DNA of 48,961 nucleotides. Origin: Candidatus Staskawiczbacteria bacterium RIFOXYC1_FULL_38_18. GTDB taxonomy: Bacteria; Patescibacteriota; Minisyncoccia; Minisyncoccales; Staskawiczbacteraceae. A program made the translations under genes and the position numbers. Location of the stretch: assembly GCA_001822095.1 (NCBI GenBank), contig MHPP01000024.1, positions 1 through 48,961 on the forward strand, given 5' to 3'. Shown here piece by piece: positions 19,279 to 29,261 of this stretch. Positions within the stretch are counted from its first letter, which is position 1, and each line of letters opens with the position of its first letter. The notes below the pieces were generated by a model that was not told the DNA's origin, did no database searches, and saw only the letters and a list, made by a program, of their open reading frames with translations.

Positions 19279-20055
19279 TTAATTTAAAAATGAATATTTA
19301 TAAAATTTCATTACCGGCCCCGGGAGATAGGCACCAAACACAAAAATTAAAAACAGCGCAATATCTATGCTGTACCACGCAAGATAAGCGGGGTAGTCTA
19401 AAATTAAAACAAAAATAGTAAGGCTAAGTGTTACAAATTGAAGCGCTGCCAGCTTTGATGCTGTGTAATGTTTTAATATGCTCCGCGCCTCCCATCCGGG
19501 CGCTTTTATTTCAATAATCCTGCGGGAGCACGCAACCGCAAACGCAAAAAATAATACTGCCAAAAGCAAAAAAAATGGTATTCTGGTTGTTACCAGCATA
19601 GCGCCAAGCAAAAATCGCATTGGATGGGTCAGACTGTTGGCGATAATCTCCAAATAAGGCATTTTTTTTGCAATATGGGTATATATTTGATTAACCAAAA
19701 TAAAAAACACGTACAATAAAAATATACTTTTGCCAAAATATAAATAAGCTGCAGCCAGCCCGATAGATATGAGCGTAAAAGCAAAAAAATACGCGGATTG
19801 AACGCTTACCTTTCCTGACGGCAAAGGCCTGTTTTTTTTCTTCGGATGCCTGCGGTCAGATTCAATGTCCGCGATATCGTTTAAAGTGTAAAGTCCGCCG
19901 TACAAACATATGTTGAAGGAAAGGTAAACAATCAATAACGGGCTTATTATTGTATAAACCGGGCCGTCGGCCAATATCAGAGCGCCCAAAATTACAAAAA
20001 TAAACGATATGTGGTATCTAAATTTGATTAAACGGATGTAATGGGCAAAATTCAT
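19279..20055 (-). CDS. UbiA-family prenyltransferase, DPPR-synthase-like
   Basis: YTLNDIADIESDRRHPKKKNRPLPSG motif; multi-TM. Confidence 0.88.
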   Translation of the reverse strand: MNFAHYIRLIKFRYHISFIFVILGALILADGPVYTIISPLLIVYLSFNICLYGGLYTLNDIADIESDRRHPKKKNRPLPSGKVSVQSAYFFAFTLISIGLAAAYLYFGKSIFLLYVFFILVNQIYTHIAKKMPYLEIIANSLTHPMRFLLGAMLVTTRIPFFLLLAVLFFAFAVACSRRIIEIKAPGWEARSILKHYTASKLAALQFVTLSLTIFVLILDYPAYLAWYSIDIALFLIFVFGAYLPGPVMKFYKYSFLN

Positions 20056-20513
20056 TTTATTATATAAAAAACAATTAAAGCTGTTGCCGCGCCTATTAAA
20101 AATCCTGCCAACACGTCTATTGGATGGTGGCGCTTAAGATATATCCTTGAATAACCCACGCAAAGAACAACAAGGACGCAGGCAATAATGGTGGGGGCAT
20201 CTTTATAAAATAAGCTAAACATAACCGCTATTAGCGAAATTCTTGCGCTATGTATGCTGGGGAAGCTGTTTGCGTCTATTTTATTATAAATATTATCCCT
20301 TGCTTGTTCAACCGGCCTTTCCTTGCGGTAGATAATCTTGATAATAACGCAAAACAACTCAACAAATATAAGCGCCCCCAACAGCGGCATGGCAAGCGAG
20401 ACATTAAATTTTAATAAAACTAAAATAATTAAAATATAAAAAACCGGCGAGCCAAAAGAGGTTATTGCGCCGAGTGTGTCGTCCAAAAGATTTTTGTATG
20501 GGCTCATATGCAT
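20052..20513 (-). CDS. PAP2-family phosphatase
   Basis: K...RP, SFPSIHS, SRIYLKRHHPIDV. Confidence 0.9.
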   Translation of the reverse strand: MHMSPYKNLLDDTLGAITSFGSPVFYILIILVLLKFNVSLAMPLLGALIFVELFCVIIKIIYRKERPVEQARDNIYNKIDANSFPSIHSARISLIAVMFSLFYKDAPTIIACVLVVLCVGYSRIYLKRHHPIDVLAGFLIGAATALIVFYIIK

Positions 20514-20523
20514 TTAATAATTA

Positions 20524-21426
20524 TTAAAAAGCCAGCACAGCCAGCCCCAAAACAATTAAAATTATAGAAATTATTTTCTTTATAATTAAGCTTGTTGATA
20601 TTTTTTCTTTCAAAATTTTAGGATAAAAAAATGAAAGAAACAAGGTCATAAAAAAAATAAAAATATACTGAATTCCCCGCAAAGAATTTATAACCGGCAA
20701 AAAAACCATCGGCGCCAAAAATATTGAAAAGCTCTGAAGCACGTTTGCTGCGCCCCCAGACGCCTGGCCGCCAAAAAATATAATTCCTGTTTTTTTATTT
20801 AATAGATTCTGTTTTTTAAAAATTTCTTTTCTAAAGCCCGCCCTGAAAAGGAACGATAAAACCAAAATAAAACTAAATATTCTCATCCAAATCAGCCCCT
20901 GCCAAAACGGCTGGTTTAAAAAAACCATTTTAGAAAAAATATAATCCAGAGAAAACATAAAAGCCGAAAAAAGGATAATTCTTAAATAATCTCCAGATAT
21001 TTTGATATTTTTTTCAAAAGAAATAATGCTACTGCCTGCCAATAATATAATAAAAGCCAAAATATCCGTTGCCCTCATTGGCTGGGATCCCCAAAACAAA
21101 AATATCAAAACAAAAATAAATATTGGCTGAATGGCTCCAATGGTCGGCATAACGCGGGAAACGTCAAATTTCTCTAAAGCAACAAACATAAAGTATAGCC
21201 CCAATACAGAGGCAAAAGATGCCATAATCATCCATGGTATCGAGGCAATATCAGGCAGGCCAAATTGGACAAACGGTATTAATAAAACCGCCAGTATGTT
21301 TAGTGCCCCAATATAAAAAGTATACGATTTTGGCTCTGGGGGCCCTTCTAAAATCAGCTTATCTGCCAAAGAAGATATGCTAAAAAATAAATAAGCTAAA
21401 ATTATAATTAAAAGCCAATATATCAT
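20524..21426 (-). CDS. EamA/DMT-family transporter
   Basis: About 10 TM helices in two repeats; LKEKIS...II pattern. Confidence 0.75.
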   Translation of the reverse strand: MIYWLLIIILAYLFFSISSLADKLILEGPPEPKSYTFYIGALNILAVLLIPFVQFGLPDIASIPWMIMASFASVLGLYFMFVALEKFDVSRVMPTIGAIQPIFIFVLIFLFWGSQPMRATDILAFIILLAGSSIISFEKNIKISGDYLRIILFSAFMFSLDYIFSKMVFLNQPFWQGLIWMRIFSFILVLSFLFRAGFRKEIFKKQNLLNKKTGIIFFGGQASGGAANVLQSFSIFLAPMVFLPVINSLRGIQYIFIFFMTLFLSFFYPKILKEKISTSLIIKKIISIILIVLGLAVLAF

Positions 21427-21433
21427 AAATTTT

Positions 21434-22315
21434 TTATCTCTGCTTAGGGCTTTCGCCGTTTAAAAAATTCTTGATTAAATCTGATATGTCAACGTTAGCT
21501 TCTTTAAGCCTTATGGTGTTTGCCAGAAATAACTCATCATAAGCATTCTTTATTTTATCTATGCCGCCTTGAAGCACTCCATGGGTAATTATTGCTATTG
21601 CCTTGTGCGCGCCGAGTTCTCTGCATTTTTTATTAACACAAGCCATTGTGCCGCCCGTTTCAATCATATCGTCAATCACGCCGACTATTTTCCCTCTAAT
21701 ATTTTTTTCAAGATTTTCATCGCAAAACATTTCTATCTCGTATGAATTTTTTCTTTTTTTCGTAAATCCTGGCAAATTATTTCTTCTGACCGACCCGGCA
21801 TCCGGGGCAATAAAATATATTTCCGGATATTTTTTTAAAACCTCGGCTTTAAGAATACTTGTGCTGGGTATATCTTCTATCGGGTACTTTTTAACCCACT
21901 CTCTGCCTATAAAATGGGCGTCAATAATATATATTTTTTTAACTCCATAAAAATTTGTCCATTTTTTGATTAAGGCCTCTGCAGCATTTATTTCGCCGTC
22001 CTGAAAAATTAAATCCTGTTTTCCATATGGAAAATAAGTGATAAAAAGTTCAATAAAATTTATTTGCCGATCCTTTAATATATTAAGAGCAAACTCTAAT
22101 TCCACAAGGCCGTCGTTTGGATTGGGAGCGCCCGAATGAAGCACAACCGCCCTTTCTCCGCTCAGCTTGCCAAGGTTTACATACACTTCTCCGTCTGGAA
22201 AATATCTTTTGCCGTCTTTATTCTTTCCTATGTAATGAACATCAAAATCAGACTTTTTTGATAAAATTTCAGCAAGATGCTCCGCGCTTGAAGTTGCAAT
22301 AATATCAATTTTCAT
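21434..22315 (-). CDS. prs: Ribose-phosphate pyrophosphokinase
   Basis: FPDGEVYV, PYGKQD, APDAG, IDDMIETGGT, THG. Confidence 0.88.
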   Translation of the reverse strand: MKIDIIATSSAEHLAEILSKKSDFDVHYIGKNKDGKRYFPDGEVYVNLGKLSGERAVVLHSGAPNPNDGLVELEFALNILKDRQINFIELFITYFPYGKQDLIFQDGEINAAEALIKKWTNFYGVKKIYIIDAHFIGREWVKKYPIEDIPSTSILKAEVLKKYPEIYFIAPDAGSVRRNNLPGFTKKRKNSYEIEMFCDENLEKNIRGKIVGVIDDMIETGGTMACVNKKCRELGAHKAIAIITHGVLQGGIDKIKNAYDELFLANTIRLKEANVDISDLIKNFLNGESPKQR

Positions 22316-22318
22316 TTT

Positions 22319-23350
22319 TTATCTTTCAATTGCCGTTTCTTTATAATAACCTCTTTGGCTTTCAGGCAACATTCCCGCCACATGAGCCATACACCAATCA
22401 GTGTCGTTAAGCCTGCTATCGTTTTCGGATAACCTTACAGGATCTTTGATCACAAGTTTTTTCTTGCCCGTGGTCCGGTCTTCTACAAATGCGGTCGGTA
22501 TTATGGACAATTCTTCGCCGGTTAATTTTTTATATTGGCCCGCAACTAATTCTATCCCGCGATATCCTTGCTTCATTTCTTGTTTTTCCCTGATTTTTGG
22601 CAACTCGGGGTTTAACCAAAGGCCTTCAGGAAAAATACCCACAGTATCTCCTCTTGAAAGCGCCGCAACGGCCTGTCTGACAAATTCAGCGTTCATCGCT
22701 GTTCCGCCCTGTTTTTCCCTGTCGATTATTTTTCTAAAAGCTCTTTTCCCTTCTTTGCCTTGCCGTTTTAGAGAAGCTTCTTTATCTTCTTCTGAAATAT
22801 TTGCCAAGCTTTCTTCAATTGGAATTGTTTTTAATTTTTTAAGAACCCACCTAATCACCGGATTGCTATTCCACCAAACTTCTTTGGCAACCACCAAGTG
22901 CAAATCATAATCCTTAAAAGTTTTTGCAAGCGCGTCGCCCTCCAATCCAAAATGATTGCAAACCACAAGAAAAGGCCCTTTTTCCGGCAGGTTTTCCCTC
23001 CCTTCGATTTCAAATTTTAAACCCCTTGTCCAAAAATAGGTTATGGCTTCCCCAATAATTCCCTTCTTTCTGTCGCAAAGATAATCTGGTAAATATTTAT
23101 CCTGATATGCTTTAACTTTTCCTATTCTTTGCTGAGCATCTTCCAGCGGTTCCGGCGTTAGTTTTTTTTCGTCAACTGCCCGCCCTATGCCTTGTTTCAA
23201 CTTCTTTATTTTTTGTTCTATTTCTTCCGGTCTTTCTTGCGCCGTTTTTTCTCCAGTTTTTTCTGGTTTATTTCCAGAAAAAATTTCCTGCCCAGCCTCT
23301 ATCTCCGATTTTTTAAATCCTTCTTCTAAAAAATGTTCTTCTGATTCCAT
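22319..23350 (-). CDS. Lysophospholipid acyltransferase (PlsC-like)
   Basis: GRENLPEKGPFLVVCNHFGLEGD, AKE, IFPEG. Confidence 0.8.
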   Translation of the reverse strand: MESEEHFLEEGFKKSEIEAGQEIFSGNKPEKTGEKTAQERPEEIEQKIKKLKQGIGRAVDEKKLTPEPLEDAQQRIGKVKAYQDKYLPDYLCDRKKGIIGEAITYFWTRGLKFEIEGRENLPEKGPFLVVCNHFGLEGDALAKTFKDYDLHLVVAKEVWWNSNPVIRWVLKKLKTIPIEESLANISEEDKEASLKRQGKEGKRAFRKIIDREKQGGTAMNAEFVRQAVAALSRGDTVGIFPEGLWLNPELPKIREKQEMKQGYRGIELVAGQYKKLTGEELSIIPTAFVEDRTTGKKKLVIKDPVRLSENDSRLNDTDWCMAHVAGMLPESQRGYYKETAIER

Positions 23351-23354
23351 GATT

Positions 23355-24362
23355 TTAAAAAAGTTTTTTTGCTTCGTTCCATATTTGAGGCTGATTTTGC
23401 ACTGTTTTCATCCAATACCACCATTCTACTCCCCAAAAATAAAAGGTATCAAGCCCTGTTGCTTTTGCATATTCAACATTTTTTTTAAATAATTCCAGAC
23501 TCATTGTTTTTGCCTGCTCTTCTAAGGGGACATCATAAAACGGTTCTGACGCCCAGGGTTCTGCTTGGAGCTCTATACATATTACTTTTTTACCAAATAT
23601 TTTTTTAATTAGCAACGCTTTTCTCCAGTAAGTGACGGGTGATAAAAATGAGTTAAGATTAAATCCAAATTCATCTGTTATGTGCGCCCAAACTTTTCTG
23701 TACATAGTAATTCCAACGATATCAGATATTTTTGCGGCTTCAAACCAATTTGACTGTTCTCCGGAATCAGAAATAATAATTTGCCTTGAATTATCCAATA
23801 ACTTTACCAACTCCACCTCTTTTTTTAAAAAATCTTTATCATACCAAGGGCATTCGCCAAAATCAAAAAGAGGTTCATTTTCCACCTGCCAATAAATAAT
23901 TGAGTTACTTTTTTTATATCTTTTTACCACCTCTGTTATATACTTTAAAATTTTGTCTTGTTGCTGTTGTTTTGTTAAGTTGACGGCCCATGCAGGAATA
24001 TGGCATTCCGGCCAGCGCCCACTTTTCATTCCAAGCACGTAAATAATGTTTACCCCGCTTTGCTCTGCTTGGTTAATTTGCCAGTCTGTATCGGCAAAAT
24101 AATATTTATCTTTTTTGCCTTCAATCCAGTCCCATTGATTATGCAATTTAATATTTTTTGCCCCCAAATCATTAATTATAGCCAAATAAATTTTTTTCCA
24201 GTCCAATTTTAAGTTTTCCGCCTGCATTTGCGAAAAATCAATTCCCCAGATTATGTTTTCCTCGCGAGGAGCCGAACCTGCAAAAAAGTATAAAAATGCT
24301 GCAAAACTCGCTATTATTATAATTACTGCGACTAAAATACATATTTTAATTATTTTTTTCAT
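23355..24362 (-). CDS. Membrane-anchored glycoside hydrolase, clan GH-A-like
   Basis: WQVENEP acid/base motif, ELQAEPW; N-terminal TM. Confidence 0.7.
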   Translation of the reverse strand: MKKIIKICILVAVIIIIASFAAFLYFFAGSAPREENIIWGIDFSQMQAENLKLDWKKIYLAIINDLGAKNIKLHNQWDWIEGKKDKYYFADTDWQINQAEQSGVNIIYVLGMKSGRWPECHIPAWAVNLTKQQQQDKILKYITEVVKRYKKSNSIIYWQVENEPLFDFGECPWYDKDFLKKEVELVKLLDNSRQIIISDSGEQSNWFEAAKISDIVGITMYRKVWAHITDEFGFNLNSFLSPVTYWRKALLIKKIFGKKVICIELQAEPWASEPFYDVPLEEQAKTMSLELFKKNVEYAKATGLDTFYFWGVEWWYWMKTVQNQPQIWNEAKKLF

Positions 24363-25385
24363 TTAAACTTTAACCAAATTATCAATAAAATAATCTGCTG
24401 ACTTCTCCCAAGAAAATTTTAAAGCTTTTTCCCGGCATTTATCTCGGGATATACCAAGGCAGGCCAGAGCCGCTTTTTCAAGATTTTCATCTAAAATTCC
24501 ATCGACTCCGCTTGTAATAATGTCTTTGGGCCCCATAACGTTATGGGCTGCAACCGGCACGCCACACGCCATAGCTTCTAATATTACCAAGCCAAATGTT
24601 TCTGTTCTGGAAGGAAAAACGAAAACATCACAAACAGAAAGCCAATCAACCAAATCCTGTCCACTTTTGTATCCTAAAAATTTTGTACCTTTTTTGTATT
24701 TATTTTCAAACTTTTTTCTGAGAGGTCCGTCGCCTATAACAAGCTTTGTCCCCGGCAAATTACATTCAAAAAATTCTTCAACACTTTTTTCTTTCGCAAT
24801 TCTTCCAAAATATGCAAAAACCGGTTTTTTAAAATTATTTTTTTGTTGTGGAGAATTAGGATTCCTGCGGAACAAATCCGAATCCACGCCCATCGGGCAA
24901 ATTGTCAGGTTTGAAAAACCATGATCTTCCAATTCTTCTTTTAGGCTATCAGAACAAACCATATTTAATGCTGCCGGTTTATGAAACTTACGAAAACGGT
25001 CATAAACAAAATTAAAAAGCAACCTGCTTTTTATCCCGGCGTAAAATTCTGCGTATTTGGAAATATTGCCGTGATACGAGGCTGTAAATTTCAGATTTTT
25101 TTGCAGACAGACAGACCTTACAGCTGTCCCGACCGTCCACTCTGTAACTATATGAATAAAGTCGGGCTTAAAATCCTCAATTATTTTTTTTATTTTTCTT
25201 TTGGTAAAAAAAGAAATTCTCATTTCCGGATAAAGAAAAAGGGGAACGGATAAAAAAAGACCGGGGTGGATTATTTTAACTTCAAATCCCTGTTTTTCCA
25301 AATATGGCAATATCATTTCAGTTGCCCTTACCACTCCGTTAACTTCAGGGTACCACATATCAGTAGCTATAATAATTTTTTTCAT
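24363..25385 (-). CDS. Glycosyltransferase family 4
   Basis: TDMWYPEVNGV, GRIAKEK, FPSRTETFGLVILEAMACG. Confidence 0.92.
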   Translation of the reverse strand: MKKIIIATDMWYPEVNGVVRATEMILPYLEKQGFEVKIIHPGLFLSVPLFLYPEMRISFFTKRKIKKIIEDFKPDFIHIVTEWTVGTAVRSVCLQKNLKFTASYHGNISKYAEFYAGIKSRLLFNFVYDRFRKFHKPAALNMVCSDSLKEELEDHGFSNLTICPMGVDSDLFRRNPNSPQQKNNFKKPVFAYFGRIAKEKSVEEFFECNLPGTKLVIGDGPLRKKFENKYKKGTKFLGYKSGQDLVDWLSVCDVFVFPSRTETFGLVILEAMACGVPVAAHNVMGPKDIITSGVDGILDENLEKAALACLGISRDKCREKALKFSWEKSADYFIDNLVKV

Positions 25386-26692
25386 TTAATTCTTTCCGCA
25401 GATATTATTTTTTCAATATTATAGGCGCCCATTTTTTCAATTTCTATAAACCCTTGCATTGCCATTTCTGCAAAGTCTCCCGCATTTAGCAAATCAAAAA
25501 ACCACTGGTCTGTGTATTTTGGGTTTTCTTGGGGAACGCCGGCGCCAACATGCAAAAGCCATTTTTTGTTAAAATCTTCCTGCGAGCCTATTGGGGGCGC
25601 TATTATTATGGGCATACCAAGCCCGGCGTAAAAAGAAAGCTCAGAAGGTTTTGTCCACAAGACATCCGTTTCTCTTAGCGCTTCATTAAAAATTTGAAAA
25701 TACTCATTGGTTGTTATAGCAGAAATTATCTGTACCCATCCGTCTAAGCGCAAATTTTTTAAATTTTCTGAAAAATATTTCCTCAATTCCTCCCTTATTC
25801 CAATTGCGACAATAAATCTTAATTTTTTGTTTTTAATGTGTCCAGAAAGGCTTTTTATGGCATCCAAGCATATTTCTTTTTGGGCTCCCGCTCCGCCAAT
25901 AGAAAACATTATTGTAAGCGGATGGTCGGACCGTTCTGGCAATTTTTCCAGCTCTCCTTTTATTAACGGCTCATACGTTTTTCTGTACCTTTTTTGTGGA
26001 TCAAGATTTATCAACCTACGCTTTAGGTCTTCTTTTACAACTTCCATATTTTTGCCAATATTTTCTTTTGGCAACGGATAGCCAGTTAATACTATATCTT
26101 CTTTATTTACCCCATAAAGCTTCAGGCGATCGCGAGTCCACGTATTAGACGCAAAATATTTTATTTTGCTTTTCTTGGGGTCTAAACTTACCCATGACCT
26201 GTTGATATCGGCGTCGCAAACTGCGCAGTAAACATGACCGGGATATTTAAATTCTTCGGCCATAAAAGCCGGCGTAAAAAATGTTGTCACAAGAGGAATG
26301 GGATTTTTTTTTAATCTTTCTATCATATCTTCTCCCCAGCCTTTTTTAATAAAATAAAAAATATTTTTTAAATTAAAATCCGCATTCGATAAATCCCTTT
26401 TTGGATAATATGCCAAAATTCTTTGGAATTTGTCCATAATTAAAAAAGCGGTGCTGCCAAAAAAAGGGATATTTTTAATTCGGGAAATAAACTCGTATAT
26501 TGCCCTGGTCTGCTGCCAAAATCTTCTGTCTTTTCTCGGTATGCCTTCATAACTATTGGCATTAATAACTCTGCCACCAAAGGCAATGTCCCTTAGTGCA
26601 TAGGCTGTTCGCTGATGCCCATAGCCCATATCAACCGCCACAACCCAGGCCTTTTTATTTTCTCTTTTTGAAATCATTAATCTATTATACAT
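25382..26692 (-). CDS. GT-B glycosyltransferase, MGDG synthase/UgtP-like
   Basis: MGYGH, IGGAG, TKPSE, PIGSQE motifs; start may be 26677. Confidence 0.7.
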   Translation of the reverse strand: MYNRLMISKRENKKAWVVAVDMGYGHQRTAYALRDIAFGGRVINANSYEGIPRKDRRFWQQTRAIYEFISRIKNIPFFGSTAFLIMDKFQRILAYYPKRDLSNADFNLKNIFYFIKKGWGEDMIERLKKNPIPLVTTFFTPAFMAEEFKYPGHVYCAVCDADINRSWVSLDPKKSKIKYFASNTWTRDRLKLYGVNKEDIVLTGYPLPKENIGKNMEVVKEDLKRRLINLDPQKRYRKTYEPLIKGELEKLPERSDHPLTIMFSIGGAGAQKEICLDAIKSLSGHIKNKKLRFIVAIGIREELRKYFSENLKNLRLDGWVQIISAITTNEYFQIFNEALRETDVLWTKPSELSFYAGLGMPIIIAPPIGSQEDFNKKWLLHVGAGVPQENPKYTDQWFFDLLNAGDFAEMAMQGFIEIEKMGAYNIEKIISAERIK

Positions 26693-26809
26693 TATTTAGC
26701 AAAAATATTTAAATCTTGATATATTAGAAAATACGTGCTATGATATTATTGTTTGCGCTACACGGAGTAGCACAAAAAGACGGACCTTTGAAATCAAGGA
26801 GTTGCTATC

Positions 26810-27241
26810 GTGAGACTATTTGTTTACTGCTCTGATCCGAGGGAAGCAGCCGATTTGGAACGAAAAATCAATCAGAAGCTTCTGAAACCCGGCGAAAAAA
26901 TCACCCGCCTTACTCTCTATGGCGGTCCGATTCCCTTTGCGCATCCGCGCGACTTAAGGGCAGGAGCCGAATCATTCCTGGAACAAATCCGTTTCGGGAT
27001 GAAAATGCCGGGAGAGTTTCAAATTACCGAGGTGGTTTTGGTTTTTCACGACTGCGGATTCTACGCCAATGTGCCGTTTTCTGTAACCAGGCAAACAAAA
27101 CTGCACGACGTGGTCCGAGCCATCCGCTTTCTGAGAAAGCACATCCACAGAATCAAGATTCGGGCGTATTATGACAGTAGCGTCGGCGATAAGATTTCTT
27201 TTATCAGATATCGCGCGCGCCGACTTGCTTGCGCTAACTAA
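26810..27241 (+). CDS. Divergent beta-carbonic-anhydrase-like protein
   Basis: CSDPR, GG, HDCGFY motifs; AAGGAG SD before GTG; terminator 27269-27296. Confidence 0.55.
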   Translation: MRLFVYCSDPREAADLERKINQKLLKPGEKITRLTLYGGPIPFAHPRDLRAGAESFLEQIRFGMKMPGEFQITEVVLVFHDCGFYANVPFSVTRQTKLHDVVRAIRFLRKHIHRIKIRAYYDSSVGDKISFIRYRARRLACAN

Positions 27242-27313
27242 CCCAAACTATGGCCGAAAGGTTTCGTGTCTCCCCGCTTGCGAGGAGATTTTTTTTCTAC
27301 CTGTAATCGTAGA

Positions 27314-28801
27314 TTAAAAAATGCGGGAATATTTTTTGCGCAACAGATGGTTTGCGCACCCAATAACCAAATAAGAAATTAAAAGCCAAACCCAATGGAC
27401 ATTTTCTATAATTTTATATGCCCAGGGTTTTGAAAAAAAGTTCACAACCCCCATAAAATATGCCATTAAAAAATAACACGGCACGGACAAAATCCATCCC
27501 AGCGGGCTAAAAACTGCGCCAAATAATGCGGATAAAAATCCAAAAAACATTAAATAATAAACTATTGGCAAAATTAAAATGTTGGCTATAAGTGAAACAA
27601 AAGAAATGTTTCCAAAATTATAAACTATCACTGGCAAAGTAAAAATCTGGGCGGAAATAGTTGCGGAAAGCATCATCAAGCCACCTTCATATTTTTCTTC
27701 AATTTTATAATTTAAAAATTTCTTTATTAAAAATTTAAAAAACATTCTTATAAAAGGCTCAAAATGGATTAGCGCCAGCACAGCCAAAAATGAAAGTTGA
27801 AATCCAATATCATAAATTAATAACAACGGATTTTGCAAAAGCATCAGGCTTCCCGCCAAAACAATAATTTGTGATCCGGCGCTTTGCCTTCCAATTTTTT
27901 GTCCAAATAAATATAAAATTCCCATAATTCCGGCTCTTATTCCAGAGGCTGGCAGGCCCACTAAAACAATATAAAAACAAATAAAAATTATTGAAAAATA
28001 AAACGCTTGTCCGCGATAAAACCCGGCTGCAAGCAAAAGAGCCATTAAAATTTCAATTAAAATGACCATATGCTGGCCGGAAACAGCCACAACGTGGCTT
28101 ATGCCGGTTATGCTTAGTTTATTTTTTACATCTTGCGGTATTGATGTTTTGTCGCCCAAAATTATCCCCTGCATTATTAGCCCCTCAGGCGGAAAAAAAT
28201 TCTTTTTTATGCTTTCTCTCAACTTTTGTTTTAGCGACAAAATCCCCGTATAAATCGCGGAAACCGAGCTTCCGCGGACTTTACCTGTAGCTTCAATTTT
28301 TGGGAAACCCATAACAGAATAAATCCTGTCTTTCATAAGATATTTTTTATAGCTGAACTCTTCGGTTTCTGTTGGCGTTTCCAATTTTCCTGTGATTTTT
28401 AATTGGTCTAAATATTTGTATTCAGGATACCTGCTCGTCGTAACCAAAACAACGCTATCGCTAATTTTTACTTTAATTCTTTGCGAAGTGTCGCGCACGT
28501 CCGGCTCATCTATAATTGCACCGCTCAAGACAACAGGGTCCTTCCCGTTAAATTTGCTTAACTTATTATTTTCAATATTAAACTCTGAAATCTGCATTCT
28601 CAAAAGCCCCAAAACTAAAAACAAAACACAAAACCCAATCGCGGGGTTTATTTTTTTTATAAAAACAGAAATAATAATAAATAAAACTGCGGCAAATAAA
28701 ATTCCCCAAACAAAAATTTGGGCTATTTTGGCCATAGATTCCAAAAATATCCCAAAAATAAATGACAGAGATAAAAAAAATAATACTTTAGATGGCGTCA
28801 T
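27314..28801 (-). CDS. comEC: Competence protein ComEC
   Basis: DUF4131-like N-terminal part; GISHVVAVSGQH, RAGIM, GFQLSFLAV; likely ATG 28801; no C-terminal beta-lactamase domain. Confidence 0.9.
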   Translation of the reverse strand: MTPSKVLFFLSLSFIFGIFLESMAKIAQIFVWGILFAAVLFIIISVFIKKINPAIGFCVLFLVLGLLRMQISEFNIENNKLSKFNGKDPVVLSGAIIDEPDVRDTSQRIKVKISDSVVLVTTSRYPEYKYLDQLKITGKLETPTETEEFSYKKYLMKDRIYSVMGFPKIEATGKVRGSSVSAIYTGILSLKQKLRESIKKNFFPPEGLIMQGIILGDKTSIPQDVKNKLSITGISHVVAVSGQHMVILIEILMALLLAAGFYRGQAFYFSIIFICFYIVLVGLPASGIRAGIMGILYLFGQKIGRQSAGSQIIVLAGSLMLLQNPLLLIYDIGFQLSFLAVLALIHFEPFIRMFFKFLIKKFLNYKIEEKYEGGLMMLSATISAQIFTLPVIVYNFGNISFVSLIANILILPIVYYLMFFGFLSALFGAVFSPLGWILSVPCYFLMAYFMGVVNFFSKPWAYKIIENVHWVWLLISYLVIGCANHLLRKKYSRIF

Positions 28802-28816
28802 TTGTTGTATTATACA

Positions 28817-28849
28817 ACAAAAAAACAGGGATGGATTCCCTGTTTTTGC
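28817..28849 (-). terminator. Intrinsic terminator
   Basis: CAAAAACAGGGAATCCATCCCTGTTTTTTTG on the minus strand. Confidence 0.7.
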
Positions 28850-28868
28850 ATTCTGTATTAAGTTAGAA

Positions 28869-29123
28869 CTACCAGCCGCAACCTCCGCCCGGAACAGGAA
28901 CCATAAACCATCCGCATGAACATGGTGTCCAGACATATGCCTGCGGAGCCCCCCATTGGTAAGCAACCGCTCCGTTAGGGCCGGCTGCGACAATGCCATT
29001 TTGGTTTGCTGCAACAAAACGGTTTTGCCCCGCTGCTACAAAAGCCGCTGACGCAAACATTGGAGCTACAACAAAAGATAACAGCATCATTGATGCTAGC
29101 GCAAAAGTAATTACTTTTTTCAT
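28869..29123 (-). CDS. Small secreted peptide with Ala/Gly/Asn repeats and Cys-containing tail
   Basis: MKK signal peptide; VAAGQN/VAANQN/VAAGPN repeats; PCSCGW...GCGW. Confidence 0.7.
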   Translation of the reverse strand: MKKVITFALASMMLLSFVVAPMFASAAFVAAGQNRFVAANQNGIVAAGPNGAVAYQWGAPQAYVWTPCSCGWFMVPVPGGGCGW

Positions 29124-29261
29124 ATTACATATTAAAATTAATTTATTTAATCTCCGACTTCGACCTTTGTTCTCGCATTACATTATAATTTTAAGCTATT
29201 AAATATCTGTTAAAACAAAAAACCATTTTTAAATGGTTTTTTAATCTTTAGAAAAGCTGTT

